IMG/VR virus record: IMGVR_UViG_3300045988_173816 | Span: 128,001 to 192,000 of that record | DNA from: a virus | Strand: one strand, 5' to 3' | Length of the DNA: 64,000 nt | Translations under genes and position numbers: made by a program | The notes under the pieces: generated by a model | Told to the model about the DNA's origin: nothing | Database searches by the model: none | Seen by the model: only the letters and a program-made list of their open reading frames with translations | Part shown: positions 8,396 through 17,140 of the stretch, piece by piece | How the letters are laid out: every line of letters starts with the position of its first letter | Numbering within the stretch: the stretch's first letter is position 1

Positions 8396-9460
8396 ATGGA
8401 TAAACAACAGTTCACAGTGCGTAGGTTCTCACACCTTGTACCTTTACTCAAAACATCTGAGTTGGTTCAAGGGGTTTCACCTTTTAGCCCATTTTCTAGG
8501 TCTACACCGAGCAATGGGTTTCCAAAACCAAGGTTCAATCCTTCAGTACATAAACCTATTTACCTTATGGAGTATGGTGGTCGAACTTATTACTCTAAAA
8601 ACTATACTAGATTTGGTATTTTAGGAACTAAGGTTGTTTTCGGACACCCAGTCGACCTAAAACATAAAGAGTTGAGTTTCTTGGTTCATGACTTTTTGGA
8701 AGTTGATGATGATTTAACCGCTGAAAACATAAAACCACTCACATGGTTCGGTATCCACTCGTTGAATGTAGTCAATAATTTGAGAAGTTTAATTTCGCCT
8801 TTATTTGCTTTGTTAAATTTCTTTAGTAACCTTATTGGGTATCGAGGTTTTGAAGATGCCTTTCTAATTTTTGCCTTGGGTTATTTATATAATTACTATA
8901 TTGGGTTAACTGAACTTTCCATTTGGATTTTTGGTATTTTCTTTGGTTTAAACCTTTTGATAAATTTATTGAATAAGTTTTCTTGGCTTAGAGCTATTAC
9001 TTATTTCCAAGCGTATTTAAACCTTAGAAGTAACCGATTTAAAGAATTTGTAGATAGTCCATTTAATTTAGGTTCAAGTCATAGTTACGTTTCATTTGGG
9101 ACAAATGCTACTTTCCGTAAACCTTGGTATAACTCTACATCAATAATTTCGACTGAGTTGAGCGTTTATGCTTTGGAAGAACAGTTATTCCATACAGTAG
9201 ATTATTACACACACCCTTATAAAGCAACGAAAGATGATTACATAAAAGCCTTTTCTAACTATGAAACTGGGTTTACTCATCTTAATCTTTCAGATTGGTC
9301 TGAGGTTTCATACGTTCTTGAAAAAGCTTTTCAATCAAGAGATTCTGAGTTATTTGGTGCTTTCTTAGAACACTTAGGTCTACCACAAGATGATGAAAAC
9401 TTTAAAACGTGCTTAGTAAATCTAAGAAAGATTGCAGGTTATAAGAGAACAGATGATTAG
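8396..9460 (+). CDS. Membrane protein, unknown function
   Basis: AGGAGG RBS. Central block of 3-4 hydrophobic helices (residues ~125-200). Confidence 0.7.
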   Translation: MDKQQFTVRRFSHLVPLLKTSELVQGVSPFSPFSRSTPSNGFPKPRFNPSVHKPIYLMEYGGRTYYSKNYTRFGILGTKVVFGHPVDLKHKELSFLVHDFLEVDDDLTAENIKPLTWFGIHSLNVVNNLRSLISPLFALLNFFSNLIGYRGFEDAFLIFALGYLYNYYIGLTELSIWIFGIFFGLNLLINLLNKFSWLRAITYFQAYLNLRSNRFKEFVDSPFNLGSSHSYVSFGTNATFRKPWYNSTSIISTELSVYALEEQLFHTVDYYTHPYKATKDDYIKAFSNYETGFTHLNLSDWSEVSYVLEKAFQSRDSELFGAFLEHLGLPQDDENFKTCLVNLRKIAGYKRTDD

Positions 9461-9473
9461 AAATGAGGTTAAG

Positions 9474-9677
9474 GTGACTTTGAAATATAGAACAAAACAT
9501 GTTTCTTCTAAGTCTTCTGACCTTTTAACAGAGCGACTTGATGAAGCTTTTGCAGATGTACAAGATAGAGGTGGTGTTCCTGACTTATCTAGTCTTACGA
9601 TAACGTACACACCGAACCGACTTGAGGGTGAGCAAGGGTATATTGATGCTTACTTTGTTTACATTTTAGAAGATTAG
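9474..9677 (+). CDS. Hypothetical protein
   Basis: GTG at 9474 is preceded by GAGG with a 5-nt spacer. The listed ATG at 9432 would overlap the upstream gene and has no RBS. Confidence 0.5.
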   Translation: MTLKYRTKHVSSKSSDLLTERLDEAFADVQDRGGVPDLSSLTITYTPNRLEGEQGYIDAYFVYILED

Positions 9678-9764
9678 AACGGAGTCTTGATTATCAAGCA
9701 AACACTCAATAATCAAGACTTCTTTTGCTATACTGAATACAATAAAAATTTGAGGTACAAAATT

Positions 9765-10220
9765 ATGCTCGAAACAAATCGAACAAATGCAAATAATTTT
9801 ATCATTTCCCAAGCGGTATCCGAAGCGGTGGCTTATACTCTTGGTATTGAGGGTTTGACTTTACTTCGAACTGACGTTGGTGGACTGAATGGTTACACTC
9901 AAGTTTATTATTTCTCAAATAATATTCTTTCTCAACTACCAGTTAAGTCTAGTGATAAAACTTTGTTTGATGTTAAACTAATCTTTTTACGACGCGAAGA
10001 TTTAAACATTGAAGAAACATGGAACGGTGAACCTTTATATCTTTATGGAACGGAGCATTACGTTCTTTCTCAAACTTATGTGGACAATCAAGTGGCGGCA
10101 ACTTCTTTCTTTGATACTTTGTATAAGAGTGTAGAACACGAGGTTCTTGCTGAGTTTTATATCTATGACAACGTACTTTATTTAAGTTATGAAGCACTTT
10201 TGGTAGCGAACCAACATTAA
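9765..10220 (+). CDS. Hypothetical protein
   Basis: ATG at 9765 with a GAGG RBS. The listed TTG at 9687 lacks proper RBS spacing. Confidence 0.6.
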   Translation: MLETNRTNANNFIISQAVSEAVAYTLGIEGLTLLRTDVGGLNGYTQVYYFSNNILSQLPVKSSDKTLFDVKLIFLRREDLNIEETWNGEPLYLYGTEHYVLSQTYVDNQVAATSFFDTLYKSVEHEVLAEFYIYDNVLYLSYEALLVANQH

Positions 10221-10307
10221 TAGAAAACACACCTCTAAAACCTCTCAGATTGCCTCAGATTTAATTTTAAATGCTTATTCGATAATTTTATAAGGTTTAA
10301 ATTTAAA

Positions 10308-10613
10308 ATGGAGCAGAGAGCGTTTTATGAGGTTTTAGAAAGTTGGTTTAAAATGGTTGGTTCCTACATTGAAATAAAGTATAAAACCAAAGGTGGAGAG
10401 ATTTATTATTCTACTCAAGAAGTCCTTCAGTATGGTTACAGTGAACATTATGGCTGTAAAGTAGCGGTAGTAGATAAAGATTCACCTATGTACTTCTCGT
10501 ATCCCTCTGGTAAATTGTTACTTTCTTTGAACTATGAGTCACAAATTGCAAAGGCACGTGTTACCTCATGGTCTGTTTCTCATAGAGATTTATACGATGC
10601 TTATTACTATTAA
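10308..10613 (+). CDS. Hypothetical protein
   Basis: ORF followed by a terminator. Weak RBS. Confidence 0.55.
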   Translation: MEQRAFYEVLESWFKMVGSYIEIKYKTKGGEIYYSTQEVLQYGYSEHYGCKVAVVDKDSPMYFSYPSGKLLLSLNYESQIAKARVTSWSVSHRDLYDAYYY

Positions 10614-10619
10614 ATCAGT

Positions 10620-10650
10620 AAACTCCTTGACTTTCGAGGAGTTTTGTGTT
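10620..10650 (+). terminator. Intrinsic terminator
   Basis: 8-bp stem AAACTCCT/AGGAGTTT followed by a T-rich tail. Confidence 0.6.
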
Positions 10651-10655
10651 ATACT
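10627..10655 (+). promoter_or_regulatory. Sigma-A promoter with -35 inside the terminator hairpin
   Basis: TTGACT, 17 nt, TGtTATACT (extended -10). Confidence 0.6.
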
Positions 10656-10687
10656 AAAAGAAATTTAGATAGGTGGTTTAGACTTAA

Positions 10688-11128
10688 ATGACAAAGAAGT
10701 TTGTTGAAAATGAAGTATTGAAACATCCAAGTCGATATAATGAGAATAAAGTTGAAGCATGGGATTTCACGACTTTTTCTTTGTTCCCTCATACGATTGG
10801 AACAGTCGTTGAATATGTAATTCGTTACAAACATAAAGGTGGTATCCAAGATTTAGAGAAAGCTAAACGTTGGTTGAAGAAAGCTAAACAGTCTTATAAG
10901 TACCTAGCATTGTGTGCTCCTAAACTGAGTGTAACTGAATATTTAGAACTAGCACCAGAGGTGACTAAAGAAAACTTTGCAGATTTGTCTGAGTACCAGT
11001 TGGGTATTTTACGGACTGCTCAAACTTTAACTATGGACTTAGGTAATGAACGATTTTTCAATGAGTGCGTTGGTATTATCGATAATTATTTGAACTTGTT
11101 GATTAAGGTGGAGAAAGAGGGTATTTGA
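10688..11128 (+). CDS. DUF3310-like phage protein
   Basis: Pattern EAWDF..GTVVEYVIRYKHKGGIQDLEKAKRWL resembles the DUF3310/SaV-like family. Recognition by eye only. Confidence 0.5.
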   Translation: MTKKFVENEVLKHPSRYNENKVEAWDFTTFSLFPHTIGTVVEYVIRYKHKGGIQDLEKAKRWLKKAKQSYKYLALCAPKLSVTEYLELAPEVTKENFADLSEYQLGILRTAQTLTMDLGNERFFNECVGIIDNYLNLLIKVEKEGI

Positions 11129-11421
11129 TGTTTCTAGCTTTACTTCAATTTATGGTTGTTTTTATCTACTGCGCGCATGGTTTTGCTTTAGCTTTTGGTT
11201 TAATTGCTCGAAGAGATTCTTTGATTGAGTTGGGTTTAGGTGTCCGTCCAGTTTCGATGTGGTTACTTGCCTTTGCTCTTTACACTGTATTGCTAATTGG
11301 TGTAGATTTCCTTTTAAGTCAACTTCAAATCTCAGATTTGATTTTCTTTCTTACACTGAACGGTTCTGTGTTTTTATTTATGGCTTTGTTGGATATTTGG
11401 TTATTTAAGAAGGTACGGTAA
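11128..11421 (+). CDS. Small membrane protein
   Basis: Three predicted TM helices; ATG overlaps the previous stop. Confidence 0.6.
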   Translation: MFLALLQFMVVFIYCAHGFALAFGLIARRDSLIELGLGVRPVSMWLLAFALYTVLLIGVDFLLSQLQISDLIFFLTLNGSVFLFMALLDIWLFKKVR

Positions 11422-11422
11422 C

Positions 11423-11716
11423 ATGATTCAAGTTTTATCCAGTGGTATCGCTATTTTGTACCTAACCAATTTCTTTATTTTAGCTTTTGTTTATGTAAGT
11501 CCATATTTGCAAACTAAGTTTAAGGTGTCTTCAAAAGATGTGTTTAATGCGATTCTTGTTACTATTCTTTACACACTTAGTTTAGTAACTTTGTTTTATG
11601 TAGTGAAAGAATTAGGAATATCAGAGTCTAAGTTGCTTTACACATTTGACGGATTATTATGGTTTTATTTAGTTTGCTTATACGGTTGGTTTATGTTAAG
11701 AGAGGAAAAGAAATGA
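11423..11716 (+). CDS. Small membrane protein
   Basis: Three predicted TM helices; starts 1 nt after the previous stop. Confidence 0.6.
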   Translation: MIQVLSSGIAILYLTNFFILAFVYVSPYLQTKFKVSSKDVFNAILVTILYTLSLVTLFYVVKELGISESKLLYTFDGLLWFYLVCLYGWFMLREEKK

Positions 11717-11916
11717 ACGTTTCAGAATTGATAGCTTATTTATCACAATTTCCACCAACTAGTTCTGTGGAAGTAAAGATTTCAGGGTTTGATGACTCTG
11801 AGGATGGTCGTCTAAATTTATTTGGAATGGTACATGGTGCTATAAAAACAGAGATTGGGCATCCTCAGTTGATTGCAGAGTTTGATACCTCTGAGCCTTA
11901 TGACTGGAGTAATTAA
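11713..11916 (+). CDS. Hypothetical protein
   Basis: ATGA start/stop overlap with the upstream gene. Confidence 0.55.
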   Translation: MNVSELIAYLSQFPPTSSVEVKISGFDDSEDGRLNLFGMVHGAIKTEIGHPQLIAEFDTSEPYDWSN

Positions 11917-11917
11917 A

Positions 11918-12235
11918 ATGTTTAGTGATTATTTTAAACATAGATTTAATACTTTTAAGAGTTCTTTAATAGGCTCCTTTTTGTATATTTTACTATCATA
12001 CTTTATGTTGCGTATCTTAGTTAGCTCAAGGTTTTTGTTTACAACTATTTCCTTTGTTTATAACTTTTTAGTAATTGGGTTATTACTCTTCCTTATTCTC
12101 AGTTCTACTGTGTTTTGTGTTGGTTTCCTATACATAATATTTGGTGATGGGGTTCGACAAGACTTTTACGGTGAGGTTGAAATCGATTTTATGAACCTTT
12201 TTAATCTATATGTTTCTATAGTTTTTCCAAAGTAA
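11918..12235 (+). CDS. Small membrane protein
   Basis: ATG at 11918 directly after the previous stop; 2-3 TM helices. Confidence 0.6.
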   Translation: MFSDYFKHRFNTFKSSLIGSFLYILLSYFMLRILVSSRFLFTTISFVYNFLVIGLLLFLILSSTVFCVGFLYIIFGDGVRQDFYGEVEIDFMNLFNLYVSIVFPK

Positions 12236-12273
12236 TTTAATGAGTCTATTAAGTTTTTAGAGAAGGATTTATA

Positions 12274-12609
12274 ATGTTTACATGGTTTTTATTACTGAGA
12301 GCAATCCACATAACTGTTGTAGCTTTCTTTTATTTTGTTTGCTGGGCATTTATGTTTTGGACAGATACTAAAGGGTACTTTCGATATTATAGTAAAGTCA
12401 GATTTACGTTAAAATCGCTCTTATCTATCCTTTACTTTGTAGATTTCTCTGAACTCCACTCTGTATCTGAGGTTTCAAGTTTCCATATTTGGGTATCCGC
12501 TTTGCTAGTTCTGCTTGACATTGCTGAAATGTGGTCTAGGAGTTATCGAACACTTGGTTTCAAAGAGTTTAAGAAAAACTTTGGTAAAGCAGCTTACTTT
12601 TTCATTTGA
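12274..12609 (+). CDS. Small membrane protein
   Basis: ORF with an AGAAGGA RBS and 3 TM helices. Confidence 0.6.
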   Translation: MFTWFLLLRAIHITVVAFFYFVCWAFMFWTDTKGYFRYYSKVRFTLKSLLSILYFVDFSELHSVSEVSSFHIWVSALLVLLDIAEMWSRSYRTLGFKEFKKNFGKAAYFFI

Positions 12610-12626
12610 TATAGAAAGTTGGTATT

Positions 12627-12869
12627 TTGGTTATGATTCATGAGTTAAAAATCGCTCCTAACTACTTTGAGAAAGTTGTCTCTAAAGAAAAATCTTTTGA
12701 AGTCCGTTATAATGATAGAAATTTCCAAGTTGGGGATATTCTAAAGTTGATGGAATATACTGAGGGTTCTTATACAGGACGTTCTGTTTATGCTAAAGTA
12801 ACCTATATTCTTCAAGATTTTGAGGGTCTACAACCAAATTTTGTAGCTCTTTCGATTGAATTGATTTAG
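12627..12869 (+). CDS. ASCH/DUF3850-like (PUA-fold) protein
   Basis: HELKIAPNYFEKV..KSFEVRYNDRNFQVGDIL..YTGR matches the DUF3850 pattern. Confidence 0.6.
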   Translation: MVMIHELKIAPNYFEKVVSKEKSFEVRYNDRNFQVGDILKLMEYTEGSYTGRSVYAKVTYILQDFEGLQPNFVALSIELI

Positions 12870-12883
12870 AAAAGAGGTTTTAC

Positions 12884-13210
12884 ATGAATTTCAATTCTGA
12901 GTTAAATACTATTCTCAATGCTGGTTTATTCATTGGTTTTGCTAGTCTTTGGATTTTCCACGTGCTATGTTTTTATATTCCTCTTCTTGTTCCTTCTTGT
13001 AGAGACTTAATTAAACTTAAAGACAGCGATTTGAATACAATTTCAAATTTCACAAGTGAAGTAGGAGTTGGGTTTATTATAGGTTTAGGTACAGTTTCTT
13101 CATTGTCTTCTAAAGTTTATGATGCTTCAGGTTACATTTACGCACTCGTTTCCACTCTAGCTTTTTGCTTAATTTGGAGATACGTTAGAGGACATTGGGT
13201 TTCTGATTAG
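12884..13210 (+). CDS. Small membrane protein
   Basis: ORF with an RBS and 3 TM helices. Confidence 0.6.
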   Translation: MNFNSELNTILNAGLFIGFASLWIFHVLCFYIPLLVPSCRDLIKLKDSDLNTISNFTSEVGVGFIIGLGTVSSLSSKVYDASGYIYALVSTLAFCLIWRYVRGHWVSD

Positions 13211-13225
13211 AGGATGAGGTATCTA

Positions 13226-13576
13226 ATGATTATTTTAGGTTTATTTTGGATTTATTGGTTTGCTGTCTTGTTTACTCTAATGAGAAGTCCAGAATTACAA
13301 CATTATTTAAGACTTAGTGATATTCAAGCAACTAAATCTTTAACTTTCAGTTTAGTTTTTGTAGGTTTGTCTTGCTTAAGTTTGTTAGTGGTTACTAGTA
13401 TAGGCTTAACTTATTACTTAGAGTTTATAGCTCTTAGTTTAACTGTAATAGGTTCTCTAATTTCTCTATTGGTTTTACAAACAGGAGGTTGTAAATGGCA
13501 CAAAAGAAAAAGAAATACTACGCAGTCAGAAACACTAATCAAATCTTCGAAGATTGGTCTGATTGTGAGAAAGTAG
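13226..13576 (+). CDS. Small membrane protein
   Basis: ATG at 13226 has a GAGG RBS (alternative ATG at 13214). 3 TM helices. The 3' end overlaps the RNase H start. Confidence 0.5.
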   Translation: MIILGLFWIYWFAVLFTLMRSPELQHYLRLSDIQATKSLTFSLVFVGLSCLSLLVVTSIGLTYYLEFIALSLTVIGSLISLLVLQTGGCKWHKRKRNTTQSETLIKSSKIGLIVRK

Positions 13577-14223
13577 TAAAAGGGGTTAAGGGTGTTGAGT
13601 TCAAAAGTTTTCCTACAAGAGAACAAGCTGAAGCTTATTTGAGAGGTGAGGAACCAGTATTGTCCACAAAGAAAACCTCCGAAGTTGTTCCTTATGTCTC
13701 AGATTGTGGGATAAAAGGTACAATTCGTATGGCAGAAGACTCTGACCCACTCCTTTGGGGTATCGAGGGTTTCGTTTATTCGATTGACGGCTCTTTCAAT
13801 ACACAAACTCAAACTTACGGTGGTGCTTTTGCTTGCTATGAAAATAGTGTATTGTTAGATGCTCAAGCAGTTGCAAATAATAAACCAAATTTCGCTGCTT
13901 CAAGAAATGTAGCAGGAGAGGTTTGTGGTTTTGGTTTGGCGATTGAAGATGCGATTAAGCGCCAACTTAGTAAAGTAACTATTGTTTGTGACTATGAGGG
14001 TATCTTTCGTTGGTCTGCACCTAAGTCTGTAAAGGTTAATGAACAAGCTTGTTGGGGAACATCATTGAAGAAATCAGTTGGGAAGTACCATGCTTATATC
14101 TTGCAAAGAGCCAAAGAACATGGAATTGAAGAGGTTGATTTCATTTGGGTTAGGGGACATAGGGGTTTAAAAATCAATCAAACAGTTGATAAGTTGGTGA
14201 AGAAAGTTGTCGGATTGAAGTAA
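13495..14223 (+). CDS. Ribonuclease H (type 1) with N-terminal hybrid-binding domain
   Basis: AGGAGG RBS. N-terminal KYYAVRN..W..C...V.G..G..FKSFPTREQAEAYL is the RNase H1 / caulimovirus-type HBD. C-terminal DGS..AGE..CDYEG..H..N..VD acidic residues fit the RNase H fold. Confidence 0.8.
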   Translation: MAQKKKKYYAVRNTNQIFEDWSDCEKVVKGVKGVEFKSFPTREQAEAYLRGEEPVLSTKKTSEVVPYVSDCGIKGTIRMAEDSDPLLWGIEGFVYSIDGSFNTQTQTYGGAFACYENSVLLDAQAVANNKPNFAASRNVAGEVCGFGLAIEDAIKRQLSKVTIVCDYEGIFRWSAPKSVKVNEQACWGTSLKKSVGKYHAYILQRAKEHGIEEVDFIWVRGHRGLKINQTVDKLVKKVVGLK

Positions 14224-14265
14224 AAGGGATAGGTGTTCTTTTGTTATCTACTAAATCATACAGTC

Positions 14266-14294
14266 TTGTCATTTTGGGTTATTTCTGATATAAT
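14266..14294 (+). promoter_or_regulatory. Sigma-A promoter for orphan tnpB-like gene
   Basis: TTGTCA, 17 nt, TGaTATAAT. Confidence 0.55.
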
Positions 14295-14326
14295 ATAAAT
14301 ATGTTAAAAAGAAAGGAGTTACCGAT

Positions 14327-15691
14327 GTGAAAATACTGTCTAGCTATAGAATTAAGTTAACTGGCGATTTGAACGCTTTAGATAATTCTATTGCTATCTA
14401 TCGTGAAGCACTTCATTTTATTATCCCTATTGTAAGTACGCATTGGGATGAAATGAAAGATTTTAAGTATGTGAACCAACGTATGAGTTATATTGAGAAA
14501 CTGATTCATTCCACCAAAGTAAGTCATTCTCTTTATAACTTCGACAAGGATTTTCCTAAATTTCCTTCTTATTTACGTAGAGCGGTTATTATGAAGTCAG
14601 TGGGTATCGTCTCTTCTTATCACAGTAACTTAGCAAATTGGGAAGAAAAGAAAGTAGAACTAGAGGTAAATGGTGAGAAAATACCTCAACGTCCTCGTTT
14701 GGAGACTCATCATTTTGACTATCCAGCTTATTACAAAGGAAACCTTTTCCGCAATTTCAACCCTATCACCCAAACTATTGATCTCAAAGTCTTTAAAAGG
14801 GGAGACTGGGTTTATGAAACTTATACTTTAAAAACTTCTGATTGTAATTACTATCAGAAAAACCTTGCAAATAAGAAACAAAATGTTCCAGTAATTACGA
14901 AGAGAGGTCGTCGTTTTTACGCTACTTTCTCTTATGAGGAAAACGTTCCTTTAATAGCAGAGGATAAGATTGAAAAGATTTGCGCTATTGATTTAGGTTT
15001 GACTACAGATGCTACTTGTTGCATTATGGGTGCCGATGGTACGGTTTACGCTCGAAAGTTCATTCAGTTCAGCGAAGAACACGACCAATTAAATACTCAG
15101 TTGGGTCGCATTAAGCGAAATCAAAAACGAGGTAACAAGAAGAATACTCGGCTTTGGAAGAGAGTTTCCGGTATCTCTCAAAATATTGCAGATAAAACTG
15201 CTCAAGCTATTTTTGAGTTTGGAAGTCAATATGGAGTTGATGTTTTCGTACTTGAGTTTTTAGACTTTAAAGGAAAACAAACGGTTAAACGCGCGCATTT
15301 TTGGCGCTATAAACGTATCTTTTCTGTTTTGGGTATGAAAGCTCACAGACATGGTTTACGGATTTCGAGAGTTTGTGCTTATAACACCAGTCGCTTGGCT
15401 TTTGACGGTTCAGGATTTGTAAAACGGGGGTGTAAACTCAGTAAGGAAACCCCTTATAGCATTATCCAGTTTGCAAGTGGTAAAGTCTATAATGCAGATT
15501 TAAATGCTACATATAACATCGGTGCGCGTTATTGGATACGACACCTATTAAAAACCGTTACGGTGACGCAACGGTTAGCACTTGAGGCAAAAGTTCCTCA
15601 AGTAGCTAAGAGGAACACCTGCACCTTGTCTCACCTCATTAGTCTAAGAAGTGAACTTCTTGCGTTAAACGTGAAGAGAAATCAGGTTTAG
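14327..15691 (+). CDS. tnpB: TnpB-like RuvC nuclease lacking the zinc finger (orphan, no TnpA)
   Basis: GTG start with an AAGGAG RBS. Acidic triad retained: CAIDLGLTTD (D), VFVLEFLDFKG (E), NADLNATYNI (D). The usual CxxC..CxxC segment is replaced by YNTSRLAFDGSG. FPSYLRRAVI resembles the OrfB N-terminal domain. Confidence 0.8.
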   Translation: MKILSSYRIKLTGDLNALDNSIAIYREALHFIIPIVSTHWDEMKDFKYVNQRMSYIEKLIHSTKVSHSLYNFDKDFPKFPSYLRRAVIMKSVGIVSSYHSNLANWEEKKVELEVNGEKIPQRPRLETHHFDYPAYYKGNLFRNFNPITQTIDLKVFKRGDWVYETYTLKTSDCNYYQKNLANKKQNVPVITKRGRRFYATFSYEENVPLIAEDKIEKICAIDLGLTTDATCCIMGADGTVYARKFIQFSEEHDQLNTQLGRIKRNQKRGNKKNTRLWKRVSGISQNIADKTAQAIFEFGSQYGVDVFVLEFLDFKGKQTVKRAHFWRYKRIFSVLGMKAHRHGLRISRVCAYNTSRLAFDGSGFVKRGCKLSKETPYSIIQFASGKVYNADLNATYNIGARYWIRHLLKTVTVTQRLALEAKVPQVAKRNTCTLSHLISLRSELLALNVKRNQV

Positions 15692-16065
15692 ACTGTATGG
15701 AGAGAAAAGGAGTCAATACCGGGCAGAGGTTGAAACACCGAACCTGTTATTGAAGCTCCATTTAAACGTAGTTTAGGTGGTGAGGTTTCACCCGTTTGAG
15801 TTGAAATTTGTTTGGAGAACATTTATACTTAATGAGAATGATAGAATTTTATTCAATGGCAACTCTTATCAGTTGGTTACTCAGAACTATCAAAGTGGTT
15901 GGTATGCTGCAACTCCAAAGTTAGCGAAAACTAAAGCTAAGAAATATATATATATATATTAAACAAGGGTATCTCGTAGAAGGGTCAAAAACTCAAAGTC
16001 ATGGAATTCCTATGATTTATTATCGTTTCACAGGTTGTCCAAAAGATTAGAGTTATAGTTTAGAA
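15692..16065 (+). ncRNA. Candidate guide/omega-RNA region downstream of orphan tnpB-like gene
   Basis: 370-nt ORF-poor tail; the listed ORF 15777-15962 has no RBS. Small hairpins are present. Proposed by positional analogy with TnpB systems only. Confidence 0.25.
15944..15959. repeat. (AT)8 microsatellite
   Basis: atatatatatatatat read directly from the sequence. Confidence 0.9.
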
Positions 16066-16087
16066 GAGAGGTGTAGACCTCTTTTTA
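16066..16087 (+). terminator. Intrinsic terminator
   Basis: AGAGGT-gtag-ACCTCT followed by TTTTT. Confidence 0.6.
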
Positions 16088-16089
16088 TC

Positions 16090-16118
16090 TTGACAAAAAT
16101 AACTTATTTTGTTATAAT
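16090..16118 (+). promoter_or_regulatory. Consensus sigma-A promoter (cassette type 1)
   Basis: TTGACA, 17 nt, TATAAT, followed by AAAGAAAAT. Near-identical to the cassettes at 20188 and 22615. Confidence 0.7.
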
Positions 16119-16150
16119 AAAGAAAATGAATGATTTGAGGTAAAAATTAG

Positions 16151-16588
16151 ATGGATTTAACTCACTTAAACGAAGAGGGGTATAACTTAGCATTACTTGG
16201 TTCGTTTTTACAGACGACAATTATAGAGCCTACTTCAATATCTGCATCTTTGTACGATGATGAACTTACTGAAGGTTTTAAACGAGTTGACTCAAATTGG
16301 ACGCAATATCAAGTATTATATTTAGCTTTAAGTGAGTTTAACACTTTATACTTAACTACTTCAACTGAGGGTGCTATTGCTTATATTCCAGTTACAAATA
16401 TCTATGAGTATTCTTTCCCAAGGGACGGTGAAATCCGAGAGGAAATGAACCGTATGGCAAGAGAATATTTTAGGGAACTAAAACAATTTGTATTTAATCA
16501 TACACACAAATTTAGTGTGGCATTGGCTTATGGTGGTGTCGAAGAAGTTGGTGTAGTTTTCGCAAAAGAGAACAAAGGTGGTAAGTAG
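16151..16588 (+). CDS. Hypothetical protein, paralogue family C
   Basis: YQVLYLALSEFNTLYLTTSTEG..IPVTNIYEYSFP matches the next gene. Confidence 0.7.
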   Translation: MDLTHLNEEGYNLALLGSFLQTTIIEPTSISASLYDDELTEGFKRVDSNWTQYQVLYLALSEFNTLYLTTSTEGAIAYIPVTNIYEYSFPRDGEIREEMNRMAREYFRELKQFVFNHTHKFSVALAYGGVEEVGVVFAKENKGGK

Positions 16589-16589
16589 T

Positions 16590-17042
16590 ATGGTTAAACT
16601 ATTTAAAACAAAAGAAGAGCGTGATTTAGCGTTCGTTTCAAATATGTGGGAGAGACTTAAGCGAAAGGATAAATTACGGGAAGTTTTGAGTTATTCTCAG
16701 ACACCTTATGAGATTAAAGCTTACTTATCTGACCCAGAGTTGAATAAAAGTTTCCGTTATATTGGTTGGGGTCACAAGTACCAAGTCCTTTATTTGGCGG
16801 TAGATGAGACTTATAATTTAGTTTTGACAACATCATGCTCAGGGTATCAAGCTTGGTTTCCGATTTCCGTAATTTATTCTGAGTTCTTCCCTCAACATGG
16901 CACTTTGAGAAGACGTATGGAAAAGTTGGCAAGTCGGTATCTTTTTGAGTTCAACCAATTATTGAGTGAAGTTTCTCCTTTGGAGTTGAAGGTTTATAGT
17001 TCTAACTTAAATCATGTTATTTTAAAGTTTGACTGCTTATAA
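16590..17042 (+). CDS. Hypothetical protein, paralogue family C
   Basis: ATG at 16590 with an AAAGGTGG RBS. YQVLYLAVDETYNLVLTTSCSG..FPISVIYSEFFP. Confidence 0.7.
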   Translation: MVKLFKTKEERDLAFVSNMWERLKRKDKLREVLSYSQTPYEIKAYLSDPELNKSFRYIGWGHKYQVLYLAVDETYNLVLTTSCSGYQAWFPISVIYSEFFPQHGTLRRRMEKLASRYLFEFNQLLSEVSPLELKVYSSNLNHVILKFDCL

Positions 17043-17066
17043 TGGTTGATACTAAGTTTCTGCTTC

Positions 17067-17095
17067 TTGATAATTTAGTGTAATTATGTTAAAAT
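17067..17095 (+). promoter_or_regulatory. Sigma-A promoter
   Basis: TTGATA, 17 nt, TGtTAAAAT. Confidence 0.55.
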
Positions 17096-17140
17096 AGATT
17101 TACTTTAAGTTAGAGTTTTAAGAGAAAGAGGTTTATTGTT

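Noticed and set aside
15777-15962. 61-codon ORF downstream of the orphan tnpB-like gene
   Set aside because: GTG start with no RBS. It ends in the (AT)8 tract and lies in the region more plausibly encoding RNA. Composition is not protein-like.
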